DNA of 64,000 nucleotides from assembly GCA_035221665.1 (NCBI GenBank), contig CM069151.1:18724001-18788000 (forward strand). Direction: 5' to 3'. Each line of letters starts with the position of its first letter. The first letter of the stretch is position 1. Source of the stretch: Okamejei kenojei. Taxonomy: Eukaryota. Positions 1-13,900 of the stretch are shown here, piece by piece. The notes beneath the pieces are model-generated. The model was not told the DNA's origin. It saw only the letters and a list, made by a program, of their open reading frames with translations, and searched no databases. A program made the translations under genes and the position numbers.

Positions 1-970
1 CAGGTCTCGCTGCATCTCCCCTTTTCCTAATCGGCCACCATTTAAATAATAGTCTGCTTTCCTGTTTTTTTGCCACCAAAGTGGATAACCTCACATTTAT
101 CCACATTATACTGCATCTGCCAAACATTTGCCCACTCACCCAGCCTATCCAAGTCACCTTGCAGTCTCCTAGCATCCTCCTCACAGCTAACACTGCCACC
201 CAGCTTAGTGTCATCCTCAAACTTGGAGATATTGCCTTCAATTCCCTCATCCAGATCATTAATATATATTGTAAATAGCTGGGGTCCCAGCACTGAGCCC
301 TGCGGTACCCCACTAGTTACTGCCTGCCATTGTGAAAAGGACCCGTTTACTCCTACTCTTTGCTTCCTGTTTGCCAGCCAGTTCTCTATCCACATCAATA
401 CTGAACCCCTAATACCGTATGCTTTAAGTTTGTATACTAATCTCTTATGTGGGACCTTGTCGAAAGCCTTCTGGAAGACCAGATATACCACATCCACTGG
501 TTCTCCCTTATCCACGCTACTAGTTACATCCTCGAAAAATTCCACAAGATTCGTCAGACATGATTTACCTTTTGTAAATCCATGCTGACTTTGTCCAATG
601 ATTTCACCACTTTCCAAATGTGCTGCTATCCCATCTTTAATAACTGACTCTAGCAGTTTCCTCACTACCGATGTTAGACTAACTGGTCTGTAATTCCCCG
701 TTTTCTCTCTCCCTCCCTTCTTAAAAAGAGGGGTTACATTTGCTACCCGCCAATCCTCAGGAACTACTCCAGAATCTAAAGAGTTTTGAAAGATTATCAC
801 TAATGCATCAACTATTTCCTGAGCTACTTCCTTAAGTACTCTGGGATGCAGCCTATCTGGCCCTGGGGATTTATCGGCCTTTAATCTATTCAATTTACCC
901 AACACCACTTCCCGACTGACCTGGATTTCACTCAATTCCTCCTTTGACCCACAGTCCCCTGCTATTTCAG
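1..970 (-). mobile_element. CR1 LINE ORF2 (reverse transcriptase) fragment, young
   Basis: ORF 42..1109: KSPGPD, NYRPVSLTS, QHGF, KAFDKVPH, GVPQGSVLGP, KFEDDTK. Confidence 0.95.
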
Positions 971-1249
971 GCAATGCAATGCTCTCTCCCTGCCATTCTA
1001 CTGGCCAAACTACAGTCCCTAGAAAATAAGGTTGTGAACTTAAGGGCAAGACTATTTTATCAAGAGGAGGGATGGCAATAGTAGTAATCCATTTAAATGG
1101 ACTTGTCACTTGATGCTTGTCTCTTTCAACACTGTTTTGTGCTGTACATTTATATCTGTGCTTTATATTTCATCCTTTGCTGTTGTGTGCTGGTAAAAGG
1201 TTGAGAGTTTCTCCATCCAAGGACAGAATGGAGAAATCGTGGAAAGGGA

Positions 1250-1990
1250 CAGGCGGTGTCTCATGGTAAACTGTTCATGGTTCTCAGACTTGGCCATCCT
1301 GTCCATTTCCTGTGCTCCGCACTTGTAAACCTGGCGATGAAGTGCTGCTCCTTCTACCTCCCACAGGAATTCACTCCATCATCATGACCGTGGTCTACAT
1401 CCCACCCCAAATATATGGGCATCTAGTACTGGAGGAGCTGCACTGTGTAGTCAACAAACACTGGATAGTGTACCCTAACACCTTTCCCATCATATCTGGA
1501 GAATTCAAGAAGCCTAGCTTGAAGAAACCACCCCCTAACTATCACCAGCACGTTCTGCAGCACCAGAAGATCTAACACCCTTGACCACCATAAAACACTA
1601 GCAAAGATGCTTTTTGATCTATCCCTCACCATCACCAGAAATAATACCATCTGCTATGCTCCTAGCGTCGAGGACTTCAGGGAGCTGGTATAGGGAGGGA
1701 GATAAACGACTCTGGGAATGCTTGAGTTGATAGACTGCGCGATGTTCAAGGATCCAGGAATGTACCCAAACAAATAAGTCATGGTTGTTACTGACTTCAT
1801 AAAGAAAGGTGTAGTGGAGTTCCCACAATAACCATCAGATTGTTCCCCAACCAGAAGTTTAGGATTGTCCATCAAGTCCACAATCGTATGAGGACCTGAT
1901 CTCAGGCATTCAAATCAGGCAGATTCATACAAGATATGATATTGATAAAACCATCAAATAGGATAAAAGAAAATGTTGTTCTAAAGTAGA
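1250..1990 (+). mobile_element. Rex-Babar-like LINE endonuclease fragment, degenerate
   Basis: SIIMTVVYIPPQ...LEELHCVVNKH...FPIISGEF...NYHQHV. Confidence 0.65.
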
Positions 1991-2002
1991 GGACAAGTTT
2001 AT

Positions 2003-4500
2003 AGACATAGAACATCACAGCACAAGGATAGGCCCTTCGGCCCACAATATCTGTGCCGAACATGATGCCAAGACTATCTCTTATCTATTTGTGCATAATC
2101 CATATCCCTCCATATGCTGATCCAAACACCTCTTAAATTCCATTATCATATCTGCCTCAACCCCGTTTGGGAGCTATGGCAAGGCTTCCATGCTGTCATT
2201 TCCAACAAGGCGAAATCAAGTGACAGCTCGTAGAACATAGAAGAGTACAGCACAGGAACGATCTCTTCGGCCGACATACAGTATTTTGTGCCGAATATGA
2301 TGCCAAGTCAAATTGACCTAATCTTTCAATACATGATCCATATCCCTCTATAACCTGCACTTACTTCCCTGTGCCTATCTAAAAGCCTCTTAAACACCAC
2401 TATCATATCTGACCCAACCACCATCCCTGGCAGGGCGTTCCAAGCCTCACCACACTCTGTGTAAAATCTTGCCCCGCACATTTCCATTAAACTTTCCCCC
2501 TCCTACCTTATAGATATATTCACTAGGGTTAGACGTTTCAACTCTGGGAAAAAAAGGTTCTGACTGTCTACCCTATCTATGCCTCTCATAATTGTAAATA
2601 CTTCTATAAAGTCTCCACTCAACCTCAGACATTCCAGAAAAAAAAAATCCAATTTTATCCAAACTTTCCCTCCAGCTGAAACACTCTAATCTAAGCAGCA
2701 ATCTGGTAAACGTCATCTGCAGTCTTCCACATCCTTCCTGTAATGGGGTGACCAGAACTGCAGACAATACATGAAAACGTGGATTAACCAAAGTCCTGCA
2801 TCAGGACTACCTGATTCTTATATTCAATGCCTTTAGAAATGAAGGCAAGCATACCATATGCCTTCTTAACCACCCTATCTACGTGCTGACACCTTCAGTG
2901 AACTATACTTGGGACTCCAAGATTTTTCTGCACATCAATGCTGTTAAGGGTCTTGCCATTAACTGTATACCCTCTCCTTACATTCAACCTCCCAAAATGC
3001 AGCACCTCAAACGTGCTCAGTAAAACATCATCTTCCATTTCTCTGCCCATTTTTGCAACTAGTCTACATCCTGCTGAATCCTCTGACAGCATTCATCACT
3101 GCCTGCAACTCCTCTAATTTTAGTGTCATCAACAAACTTAGTCCTCAACCCGTCTACTTATACGGCCATTTATATATTTCGTAAACTGCCGAAGTCCCAT
3201 TACAGATTCCTGCAGAACTGCACTGGTCATTGATCTCCAGTCGGAATATCTACCTTCCACCACAAAGTCGTGGATTCTGGATCAGCCTTTTATGAGGGAC
3301 CTTATCCATGTTGGGTCCTTACTAAAATCCATACATACAGCATCCACTGCTCTAACTTCAACATGTGTCATTACCTCAGAAAACGTAGTGAATTTAGAGA
3401 GACACGATCATGCTGGCCATCCCTAATTAACTCATTCTCTTCCAAATGGGAGTAAATCCGATCTCAAAAAATTATCTCCAATAGTCTCCTACCACTGGCC
3501 TGAAGCTCACAGGGCTATTGTTCCCTGGATTCACTCTACTTCCTTTCTTAAACAATGTAATAACATTAGTCCATCAAGACCTCACCTGTGCCTAGATAAG
3601 GATCCTCATCAAGGCTCACGCAATCTTCTCTTTTAGCCTCTGTTAATAACTTAGAACCCATCTGGCTTAAGGAACTTATCCATCTTAATACTGTTCAAGA
3701 ACCTCGGCATCACCTCCTACTCTGCCTCAAACTGCCCAAGCACAATTGTATTTTCTACACTGATACCATTATCCTTCAAGTCCTTATCCTTGGTGAATAC
3801 AGATGCAAAGTATTCATTTTGTACCTCACCTACATCGCATAGATTCCTTCTTTAATCTTTGAGCAGTCCTACCTTCTTCCTGCTCACTCTCTTATTTTTA
3901 ACATATGCATTAAATGCCTTTTTTTATTTTCCTTAATCAAACTCGCCAATGACATTTCATGCCCCATCTTCTAATTGTCTGCTCGTGTTCTTTCCTGCTC
4001 GCTTTATATTCATCGTAAGTCCTGTCTGATGTCATCTTCTTAAACCTGATATGCTTCCTTTTTCTTTCTGAACAAGTTAACAACTTCCTTGGTCATCCAC
4101 GGTACTCTTATCTTGCTGTCCTTATCTGTCTTCCTTACTGAAAATGCTGATTCAGCACTTCAAATGAATCCCACATGTCATCTGTAGATTTACCCAATAA
4201 CAATTGCTCCATATAAGGTCCAGTGTAGTCTCACCTTGAGTCATTTTATCCACATATTGTTTAAGGAAATCTTCCTGCATGCACCTAAAAAATTCTGCCC
4301 CATCTCATCCTCCTACCCTCAGTAAGCCCCAGTTAATATTGGGGAAGTGAAAGTTACCCACTACAATAAACCTGTGTTTCTTGCATCCTTCGGCAAACTG
4401 TATAATATCTGATCCTCTATCTCCCGCTGGCTATTGAATGGCCTGTAATATAATCCCATCAGAGTAATTGTTCTTTTCTTATTTTTGAACTCAATTCAAC
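2003..4500 (-). mobile_element. Degenerate CR1 LINE pieces (two 3' ends plus a long body)
   Basis: (AGAACAT)-type tails at about 2005 and 2232; CR1 ORF2 remnants such as EVLHFGRLN. Confidence 0.8.
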
Positions 4501-4989
4501 ATTTCTCACTGTGATGGAAGGTAATCAAGGTTGTTAGGCTGCTGGGGGGGAACGGAGAAGTGAAATTGAGAAAATTGCATCTCCGTCGAGGTAAGCGACT
4601 GACAAAAAGTTTACCCCAATTCACCCCCACCCCACCCCCACATAAAACAGACTAAGAAACACTAAAACATACTTTTAAAACATACTTAAAATAAGAAAAA
4701 CAGAGAGGGGACAGACAGAGACTGTTGGTGAGGCAGCCAGGCAGTGGCGCCACCCATCGCTAGAAAAACTTGCGAAGTAAAATTTGGTTGCACGTCAAAA
4801 GTAGGTCAAGTATTTCTCGAGGGAACTGACAGAAAATGAGTGATTCAACAATCTGCCCTATTCTCCTACTCCTCCCTGTTGTGAAATTAGGAGTTGCATG
4901 CACAGCAGCTAAGTTTGGATACCGGCAATAAAGCAAAAAATGTATACAATGGAAAAGGTGAAGGAGAAAAATATTTTTCTTTCACATTC

Positions 4990-5500
4990 TTGTGAAGGAC
5001 ATTCTTGCTATTGAGGGAGTGCAGCATAGGTTCACAATGTTAATTCCCAGGAAGGTGGGACAGTCATATGTTGAGAGTGGCTGGGCTTGTATACTCTGGA
5101 ATTTAGAAGGATGAGAGGGTATCTTATTGAAACATCTAAGATTATTAAGGGTTTGGACACACTAGAGGCAGGAAACATGTCCCTGATGTTGGGGGAGTCT
5201 AGAACCAGGGGCCACAGCTTAAGAATAAGGAATAAAGCATTTAGAATGGAGATGAGGAAACACGTTTGCAAACAGAAAGTTGTGAGTCTGTGGAAATCTC
5301 TGCCTCAGAGGGTGGTGGAGGCCGGTTCTCTGGATACTTTCAAGAGAGAGCTTGATAGGGCTCTTAAAGAGATAGCGGAGTCAAGGGATACGGGGAGAAG
5401 GCAGGAACAGGGTACTGATTGTGGATGATCAGCCATGATCATATTGAATGGCTCGAAGGGCAGAATGGCCTACTCCTGCACCTATTGTCTATTGTCTATT
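4990..5500 (+). mobile_element. CR1 LINE 3' end
   Basis: LYTLEFRRMRGYLIETSKIIKGLD...SRTRGHSLRI; ATTGTCT tail repeats. Confidence 0.92.
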
Positions 5501-7794
5501 ATTCTGACCAATGTTCTTCATTTGAATATTGAGTTATTGAGCTGATACAGCCAAGAAAAAGAGTTGTTGCCACTAAGGCCATAATTATGGTTTTGGCTGA
5601 TGGCCTCACACTGCAAACTTCAGTTGATGTGTGAAAATGAACAGGAATCACACATTTTATTAATTTCACACCATCTCCTGTTGGGAGATTTGACCAATAC
5701 TGTAGTCGGTGGGCACGGTGGGAGGCAAGGGAATTGGAAATATGTTCTTCAGTTGGTGTGCATAGGTCAGGGGTGGGCTGGTGGGGAAGGAAGAAACTGA
5801 TTGGGGTTCATGGTGTGAGAGGGCTGTTGGGGATGAGGATTTGAAGCCAGTTTTTGAATTGGAGGCTGGAGTAGGGATTGTAGACTAGTGCTTGAATATG
5901 CAATTTAAATCATGGTGGGAGAGCAGGCTTTCACCAAGTACCAGCAAAGAAATTGGACCCAGTAAGATAACAGCCAAAGATGAAGTATATGATGGTGGAA
6001 TTAGAGATCACTCCATCTCTTCTCCTCATCTTGCCACTCACATTCCCAACATTCTCACCTTTTCACACACACTCTCAAGCTCCTTGTCTCGTTACTCTAT
6101 TTTCCAATCTCCTCAATCTTTTACTCTCACTTGCAAGCACTCCTATCTTCTCATTCTCACTCCCAATTCCCCCATCAAGTTATTGCTGCTCCCAAACGTC
6201 CTGTTCCCTCATATTCATTCCCAATCTCATTGTCTTCAATTATAAACTGCATGTCTATCTCGCTCATTTACCACTTGCTCTTATCCCCCAGTTACATACA
6301 ACCTCCCTCTCCAATCATAGCAACTACTCATCTTCCCTCCACTGTATGCTTGCCCTGATTTCTCATCCCTCTTCCATCTTCTCCTGAATGCCAAACTCCT
6401 ATTCATTGCATCATTGCAATCCACTTAGTTTGTCTTTAATCCCATCATACTGCTGAACCCATATCATCTCCTCCAAGTACCCTTGCTCATTGATACTATT
6501 AGTTTTTGTCTTTTCTTGAGAGCACTCTTTCCTGCTATCGTACCTGCTTCATAAATCCCATTTGTAATGGCAAATTTCCAACTCTTCCAGTGTCCAACTT
6601 TCCGTTGCCATTACTACACAGGTAAGTAGGAGTGATCTCATGCTGACCAAATAGAACAGATTTTTCTGTCGTTATTTCCAGTTTATTAGTTCTTTATTGA
6701 AGTAGTTGTACAAACAAAGAGATGAACGTACCAGGCTTTCCTTATTCTGCATACAAGTTGTAGCTAGCTGATCTCCCCGGTCTGATGAGAACTGTATACC
6801 CTCCACCTCTGTGCCCGGTCTGCCACTTCCTGTCCACTATGCTCATATATATATGCCACTCTGTGCATCTAATGATCACCCCCAAGTGTCCAAAATAATA
6901 CTGCAAGATATAATATAATATGCCAACAGTAGCTATCCTAAACATAAATGACTCCTACACCCTGCTTCAAATATGCTTTAACATTTACCTCGCTTTTTTT
7001 CCTTCACGGTTCAACATGTGTTGCAGCATTCAAGTTTCCTTTCTAGCCCTCTCAGGACTATCTTTGTAAGTCTGTCTCAGCACTAAGGAAAACACTGGTT
7101 AAATCAGTGGCTGCCATTTAGTCATATTTTGTTTTCTTCACCCCGTCTCAATTACTCCACGGCCCTCCATTTTAGCTTCGACTCTTCGCTAACAACATAC
7201 CATGCAAAATTCTAGAACAGTGCCATGCTCCAAAATAAGATGCATTTGTCTCTCATTCAAAGCTCACTGTGACAGAAGGCCGTCAGGTCACTCAATATAC
7301 TTTTTTAAATTCCTCATTCTCCTTTTAATATCCCTCAATGGACTTGTCCTATCCCTTCCCTTTTGTTTCAGCCTGCCAAGCATTGGCATCATTTGGCTGT
7401 CCAGACCTCAAATGCTTCATTCGCAGCCCCTCCTCGCCACCTACACCAGTGACAAACCTTTCACCTCTCCTCACAAATCTCACCTTGTGTCAGAATTCCA
7501 AAAGTTTCATACCACAGATTAATATCTACTACATTTTCTTTACTCATTTACTAAACCTATGGATATTTTCATTTGACAATTTTTTATAAATGAAAATTGG
7601 TGTTACTGTATTCTAATGCCAATGACATTGTTGTATTGCACTGATGAAATCACAATATGTGAAGGAGGGGCCAGGTCATAATCTACCTGTTTCAGTCCTG
7701 AAATGGTTACAATGTCTGATGATTAAAAAAAATCAACAGCATACAGAAATTTCCTCATTCTATTCTAATGTGCACATTTGATTTGAAGGCAAGG

Positions 7795-7801
7795 TATAAA
7801 A
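7795..7801 (+). promoter_or_regulatory. TATA box of the mucin gene
   Basis: TATAAAA 88 nt upstream of the signal-peptide ATG at 7883. Confidence 0.65.
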
Positions 7802-7882
7802 TGCATGAGTGCCTGCACACTCAGTAGTCAGCTGAACTCACCAGAAGCAGATCGTAATATGATCTACATTTAGCCGAAAACA

Positions 7883-7931
7883 ATGAAGTGTAACATGCTT
7901 GTAATTGTCTTCGCTTTGTTCTTCTTCAAAG
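7883..7931 (+). CDS. muc19: Mucin exon 1, signal peptide [16 protein letters not shown]
   Basis: ACAATG context, hydrophobic core, G|GTAAGC phase-1 donor. Confidence 0.85.
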
Positions 7932-10900
7932 GTAAGCTTTATCATATACATTATTTTGAAGCCATTGAAGAAAAGTAGCAGGTTGGCATATTAATATATT
8001 TTGTTGAGAAATGATGTGTGCATGTAGCAAACGCTGTAATTTACCTTTGAATAGAACATAATTTCCAATAAGTTTCCAAGAAGTTAACTTAACTCAATTT
8101 AAACAAATACATACATGAGATTTCAACTGGTTTTTCATTTATTCTATGGGAAATTATTGCATGTAATTTATCAAGATTTAAACTAAGAACACAGTACTGC
8201 TGCTGGGAAAGAAGCCTGACAATGTATAGATGTCATTCATCACGTCAGAACACAACTATATTCTACCCTCAACAACTTCTACGACATTCTACCCTAAACA
8301 ACTTCTCTTTTGACTCCTACCATTTCCTCCATATCCGAGACATAGCTAAGAGCAAGTAGATGGGCCCTAGCTATGCCTGTCCCTTTGTAGGGTACGTTGA
8401 ACAATCCCTGTTCCAGGCGTACACTGGCCCTATCCCCGAAATCTACCTCCGCTACATTGACGACTCAATTGGTGCTACTCCTGCACCCATGCAGAACTCA
8501 CTGACTTCATCCACTTCACCATTAATTTCCATCTGCCACTCAAATTCACCTGGACCATTTCCGACATCTCACTACAGTTTCTAGATCTCACCATCTCCAT
8601 CGTAGGTAACAGACTACTGACCGACATCTGCTACAAACCCATTGACTCCCATAGCAATCTTGACTACAGTTCTTCCCACCCTGCTTCTTGTAAGAACTCT
8701 ATCCTCTACTCCCAATTCCTCCGTCTACACCGCATCTGCACCCAGGTTGATGTGTTCCTTACAAGGGCATCGGAAATGTCCTCATTCTTAAGGGAACGGG
8801 AGTTCCCTTCTTCCATTACAGATGAGGCTCTCAACAGGGTCTCTCCTATATCCCACAGTTCCACTCTTACACCCCCTCCCCCTATTCGTAACAAGGACAG
8901 AGTCCCCCTTGTCCTCACCTTCCACTCCATCAGCCGTCACTTTCAACATATAATCCTCCAACATTTTCGCCACCTCCAACGAGTTCCCACTGCTGGCCAC
9001 ATCTTCCCATCTCCTCCCCTTTCTGTTTTCTGCAAAGACCATTCCCTCCATAACTCCCTGGTTAATTCGCCCCTACCCACCCAAACCACCCCTTCCCCGG
9101 GTACTTTCCCCTGCAACCACAGGAAATGCATCTTGTCCCTATACCTCCCTCCTCGACTCCATCCAAGGACCAAATCAGTCTTTCCAGGTGAGGCAGAGGT
9201 TCACCTGCACATCCTCCAAAATCATCTACTGCACCCGCTGTTCTAGGTTCACATTCTCTACATCGGCGAGACCAAACGCTGGCTCAGCGATCGTTTCACT
9301 GAACACCTCCGCTCAGTCCGTGTTAACCAAAGTGATCAAAGTGATCGCCCGGTTGCTCAGCACTTCAAATCCCCCTCCCATTCCCAATCTGACATTTCTA
9401 TTCTGGGCAAAATGGAGGAACAGCACCTCATATTTCGCTTGGGTAGTTTACACCCCAGCGGTATGAACGTTGACTTCTCTAACTTTAGATAACCCTTGCT
9501 TTCTCCCTCCCTCCCCTCCCCCTTCCCAGTTCTCCCACAAGTCCTTTATTTGTCCCTCTCTCCCCGAACGTCAGACTGAAGAAGGGTATCGACCCAAAAC
9601 GTTGCCTATTCCTTCTCTCCATTGATGCTGCCTCACCCGCTGAGTTTCTCCAGTATTTTTGTCTACCGTATATGCTGCCTAATGCAGTTAGGACATATGT
9701 ATGCTTATTAAATTTTACAAGTTCATGATATTACTTTTTTTTCTCTTTATATTAGCAGAGCCTAGCATACAGGGCAAGCCTCATAGCTCTGTATTTTGCA
9801 ACATTTTATGGTTTGATGTTAGTTTACGAACTATCCACATTGTCCCATTGACTGGAGGGGGTCCATGCTTATGCACATGAGATGTTCCCCTTGTCCCATC
9901 TATCCCTCTCACACCTTCAATGCAATTTAAAACTAAGTTACATTTCTCTCTTTTGCCGTTCTGACAAAGATTGTTGACCGAAAACATTAACCATTTGTTT
10001 TCTCTTACTCCTGAGTATTTCCATCAATTTCTGTTTATATTTTATTGAAATTGTCAGATTGCTATTGTCATTGTTCTACAAACAGTAACAAGTGCATAAA
10101 TCTACAGAGAGACAACATTTGAGCCAAGAATATCGTATTTTACTTTCTCACATTTTCAAGGCCACGGAGGTATTTCCTTTGAATTAAACGGTTGCTCTTT
10201 GGTTAAATAATTTTGGATAGAATTTGTAAAATATTCTCCTGATTTCCCACAACAGAGCAATCACCATATATACCATAATCCCATCATAACATTTGGAGTT
10301 CTATTTATCTATCTTTGACAGGAGGTAAGAACGCTTCCCTCTGCCCCTCAAGAGAGCTCCATGACAATATTTAAATATATTTTCCATATCCACTAAGAGA
10401 TTAGTGAAAATTATTAGTGTGTAACTGGGACACATTTATTCTGACTTTATCCACATTTTCTTCCATCACTTATTGGAGGAGAAATTTTATGCCAATGTAG
10501 AGGTGCAACAATGGCTGAGATCATAATAATAGTACAGAAGTTTAATTACATGAAATGATTTATTCCATCATTTTCTGGGAGTTCTTTAAAACTTTTATTA
10601 TTGCCCCAATGCATCACGAATTTGAGTTTTTCTAAAACAAAAAATATATATTTATGATGAACAAAACCTAAATTTGAAATTCCCAGATTCATGCTGTATG
10701 ACACGGAAAGAGGGCATAATTTTCCAATTTATATAACAGATTGATGTCTTAAAAAGTAATTGTGAAGAGCAATTTAATTTATATTTCATGGCAGACTCTA
10801 TTTCACTTTAAGTCTTCATAATTATTTATAACTCTTGATAAAGGGTATTAAAAACAAACCTTGAATCAGTGCTAAAATACAATCTTATAATATTTGACTA

Positions 10901-13900
10901 AAACTGATCATTGTTTAACGCAGAGGATGCTTTCGCCCACAATCGAGTCAAACGGGAATATTCACAAACCACATATGGTAAGTAAGCATTTTGATTGCTT
11001 AAATTGCTATTTTGATCAGGCTGATGGCCAATGAGAATCTCATGTTTGGGAGATTGGAAAGCATGTCTCCTTCCTTATACATTGTGCTTAATGAATGACT
11101 AGTAAAGTTAAAGCTTTAAAATAATTAATATAATTTAATGTTACTAACAATTATATTGACATGTTAAATTCCCCATATAAAGCCATTGTGTTTTCTGATA
11201 GTAATAATCCGGCATATAATTAAAATATTCCTGAATGTTATAGCCACAGATAACCTGACAAAGCAAAATGAGTGCTGAATGGAATGGAATAATAATTGAT
11301 TAAAAGTAAAAGTAAGACTCCCATGTTCAGTATGAATTAAATTTAACTTGAACATATTTTTTGTTAGATCTGAGTGAATCTGCAATCACACAAAACTTTA
11401 GATTTGCAAGAGATGTTTTAACCGCGTCAGATGAAAGAACTCGTAAGTATATATATCAATATATCTTTCATGACAAGGTGTATGAGTATTAAATTACTGG
11501 TTCTATTTATTTCACAAACAATACAGAGATAATTTAGAGATTATGTTCAGAGCTGCTATAATGAAGGGGATGTTTTCTTCATATTTCTACAGATACCTGC
11601 AGTATATGGGGTAACAAGGCAGTCAAGACATATACCAACGAATTTTATCATTTTCAATCAACATGCCACCATATTCTGAGTCGCCAATGCCAAGGTGGCA
11701 CTGAAGATTTTAACGTGGAAATTCGTAGTGATTCAACTGGCAAATTGGAGCACATTTTCATAAAAACTGAAAGTATTATCATAGTTGTGACGAATGATAC
11801 ATACATGGTGAACGACATTAAGTAAGTCAAACAGATCAATTTTACTGATACAAAAGAGTGAAGATGCTGGAACCTGGAGCAAAACGCAAACTGGTGCAGA
11901 TCACACACCATCTGTGGAGGGAAATGAACAGTCTCTGGAATCTATAGGAAGGGTCTCCACCTAAAACATCAACTGTCCATTTTCTTCCATGGCTGTTGTC
12001 TGACTCGCTGAGTTCCAGAAAATCCAGCAGACCAATTTTGCTGTTAATTATAATTTGTGTCTTTATAGAAATGAATAACATCTGCTGAGCACCTCATTGA
12101 GTGGAAACTTGTTAGAACCCGATATTGCCCAATATAACAGTCACTCACCCATCTCTAACACCAAAGTGCTCTTGCTTTTTGCCTCCAGGGCTCCGGAATT
12201 TAAGAGTGTCTGTACTTTCACTGTTATGTCATCACATAATCATCCACACGGCCACATTTTCATAGAGCAGTCCAAGATGTAACTTATTTTATGTGAATTT
12301 AATCAAAATTATTATTTTTAAATGAGAATGATTTTAAATTGGCTACATTCATTTCCTTGTACCAAATATTTCAGCATAAATACAGTAGATAGAGCATAAT
12401 TACAGTGGTAGAATTGCAGTGTCAGAGACCCAGGTTTGATCCTGATCATGGGTGCTGTCTGTATGAAGATTGTACGTTCTCCCCATGATATTCTCCCCAT
12501 GCTCCTGTTTCCTCCCACACTCCTAAGATGTACGGGTTTGTAGGTTAATTGGCTTTAAAGATTGTAAATTTTCCCTATTATGTAGGATTTCGCTAGTGTA
12601 CAGAGATCGCTGGCCAGTGCGGATTCAGAGGGCCGAAGAGCCTGTTTCCTTGCTGTATCTCTAAACTAAACTAAATAAATATTAGCACTGCTCAAAATAA
12701 CTCTGTTAACATTTTGATTAGTCCCAATATTTTGAATCAATACTTTTTTGTCCATTACTGCTTTTCCTTCTCAACAGAGTTTTATTGCCTTATGAGAACA
12801 GAGTGATTACAATTCAGCAATATGGAGTCAATGTACGAATTAACAACAGGCAGCACACTATATCTGTGATCTGGAATCGTGAAGATGCATTGTCGGTAAG
12901 AAAGTTTGACGAATGTGTAATTTATTCAGAATGAAGAATCAATAGGTACTGATATTTCAGTTGAATTTAAAGTTGTGTGTGTGTTTTGTCATAACTAGTC
13001 ATCAACAGAGTGAACCTACTGTTACATTTTAATACACATTTTGAAAGAACATTCTCATAGAGAAATCAGCAGGCAGTTATAATTTATTGAGAAGGGAATT
13101 CAATACTGAAGATGAGAGTTATGCTTCAATTTTGTTGAACTTTTGTGAGAATATGTGAACTATTATGTACTATATTGGAATAATTTGTGCAAGGATGTTA
13201 GTACATTGGTTGATGTTCAGAGACAGTATTCTAGACTAATACTGGAAAGAGCATAATATCTTATGGAGAAAGATTTGACAAGTTAGGCTTTGCATCCCCT
13301 GGAGTTTAGAGGTCTGAGTACGGACATACTTGAAATAGAAGATCCTGATGGGTATTGATAAGCTGCATATGGAGACGATGTTTTCTCACCCAGGAACATC
13401 TAGAATAACGAGTTGCCCACTGAAGATTGAGCTGATCGTGTTATTTCTCTTGAAGAATCATGAATCTAGAGAACTTTCTTTCCCAAAGGGTGGTGGAAGC
13501 AAAACCTTTAAATATTTTTAAGGCATAAGTAGATAGATTCTTAATAAGTAAACATTATTAAATGTAAACAGAAAGGTGTAATTGGTGTGGAGGAAGGAAC
13601 TGCAGATGCTGGTTTGCTTTGAAGATAGACAGAAATAATGGAGTTACTCCAGTATTTTGTCTCTGCCAAAGGCAGAATTGTTATTTAGATCAGATGAACT
13701 TAGATCCTCAAGAGGATGAGGAGCCTATAACTGCACTGAATTCCTACATTCATATATTTAAGATTTATTTAATCTTCCAATTCTGATGGCACACTGCCAT
13801 CTCATCGTGAACTGAAACACCACCAACTGTCTATTTTCTATTGTCTATTGGGAGTCCATCAACAGAACAAAACCAATGATGTTTCATCAGAAAGTTTAGA

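Noticed and set aside
42-1109. 355-aa RT ORF as a host gene or novel RT system
   Set aside because: Ordinary CR1 ORF2 fragment; the start is borrowed from flanking DNA, the catalytic region reads FEDD, and the frame ends early
5700-6500. Purine-rich then pyrimidine-rich tract with S/L/P-rich ORFs (similar tract at 23400-23990)
   Set aside because: Compositional ORFs with no domain or splice support; probably decayed repeat
10256-10324. Longer exon using the upstream aacag acceptor and the 10325 donor
   Set aside because: In-frame TAA after seven codons in the required phase
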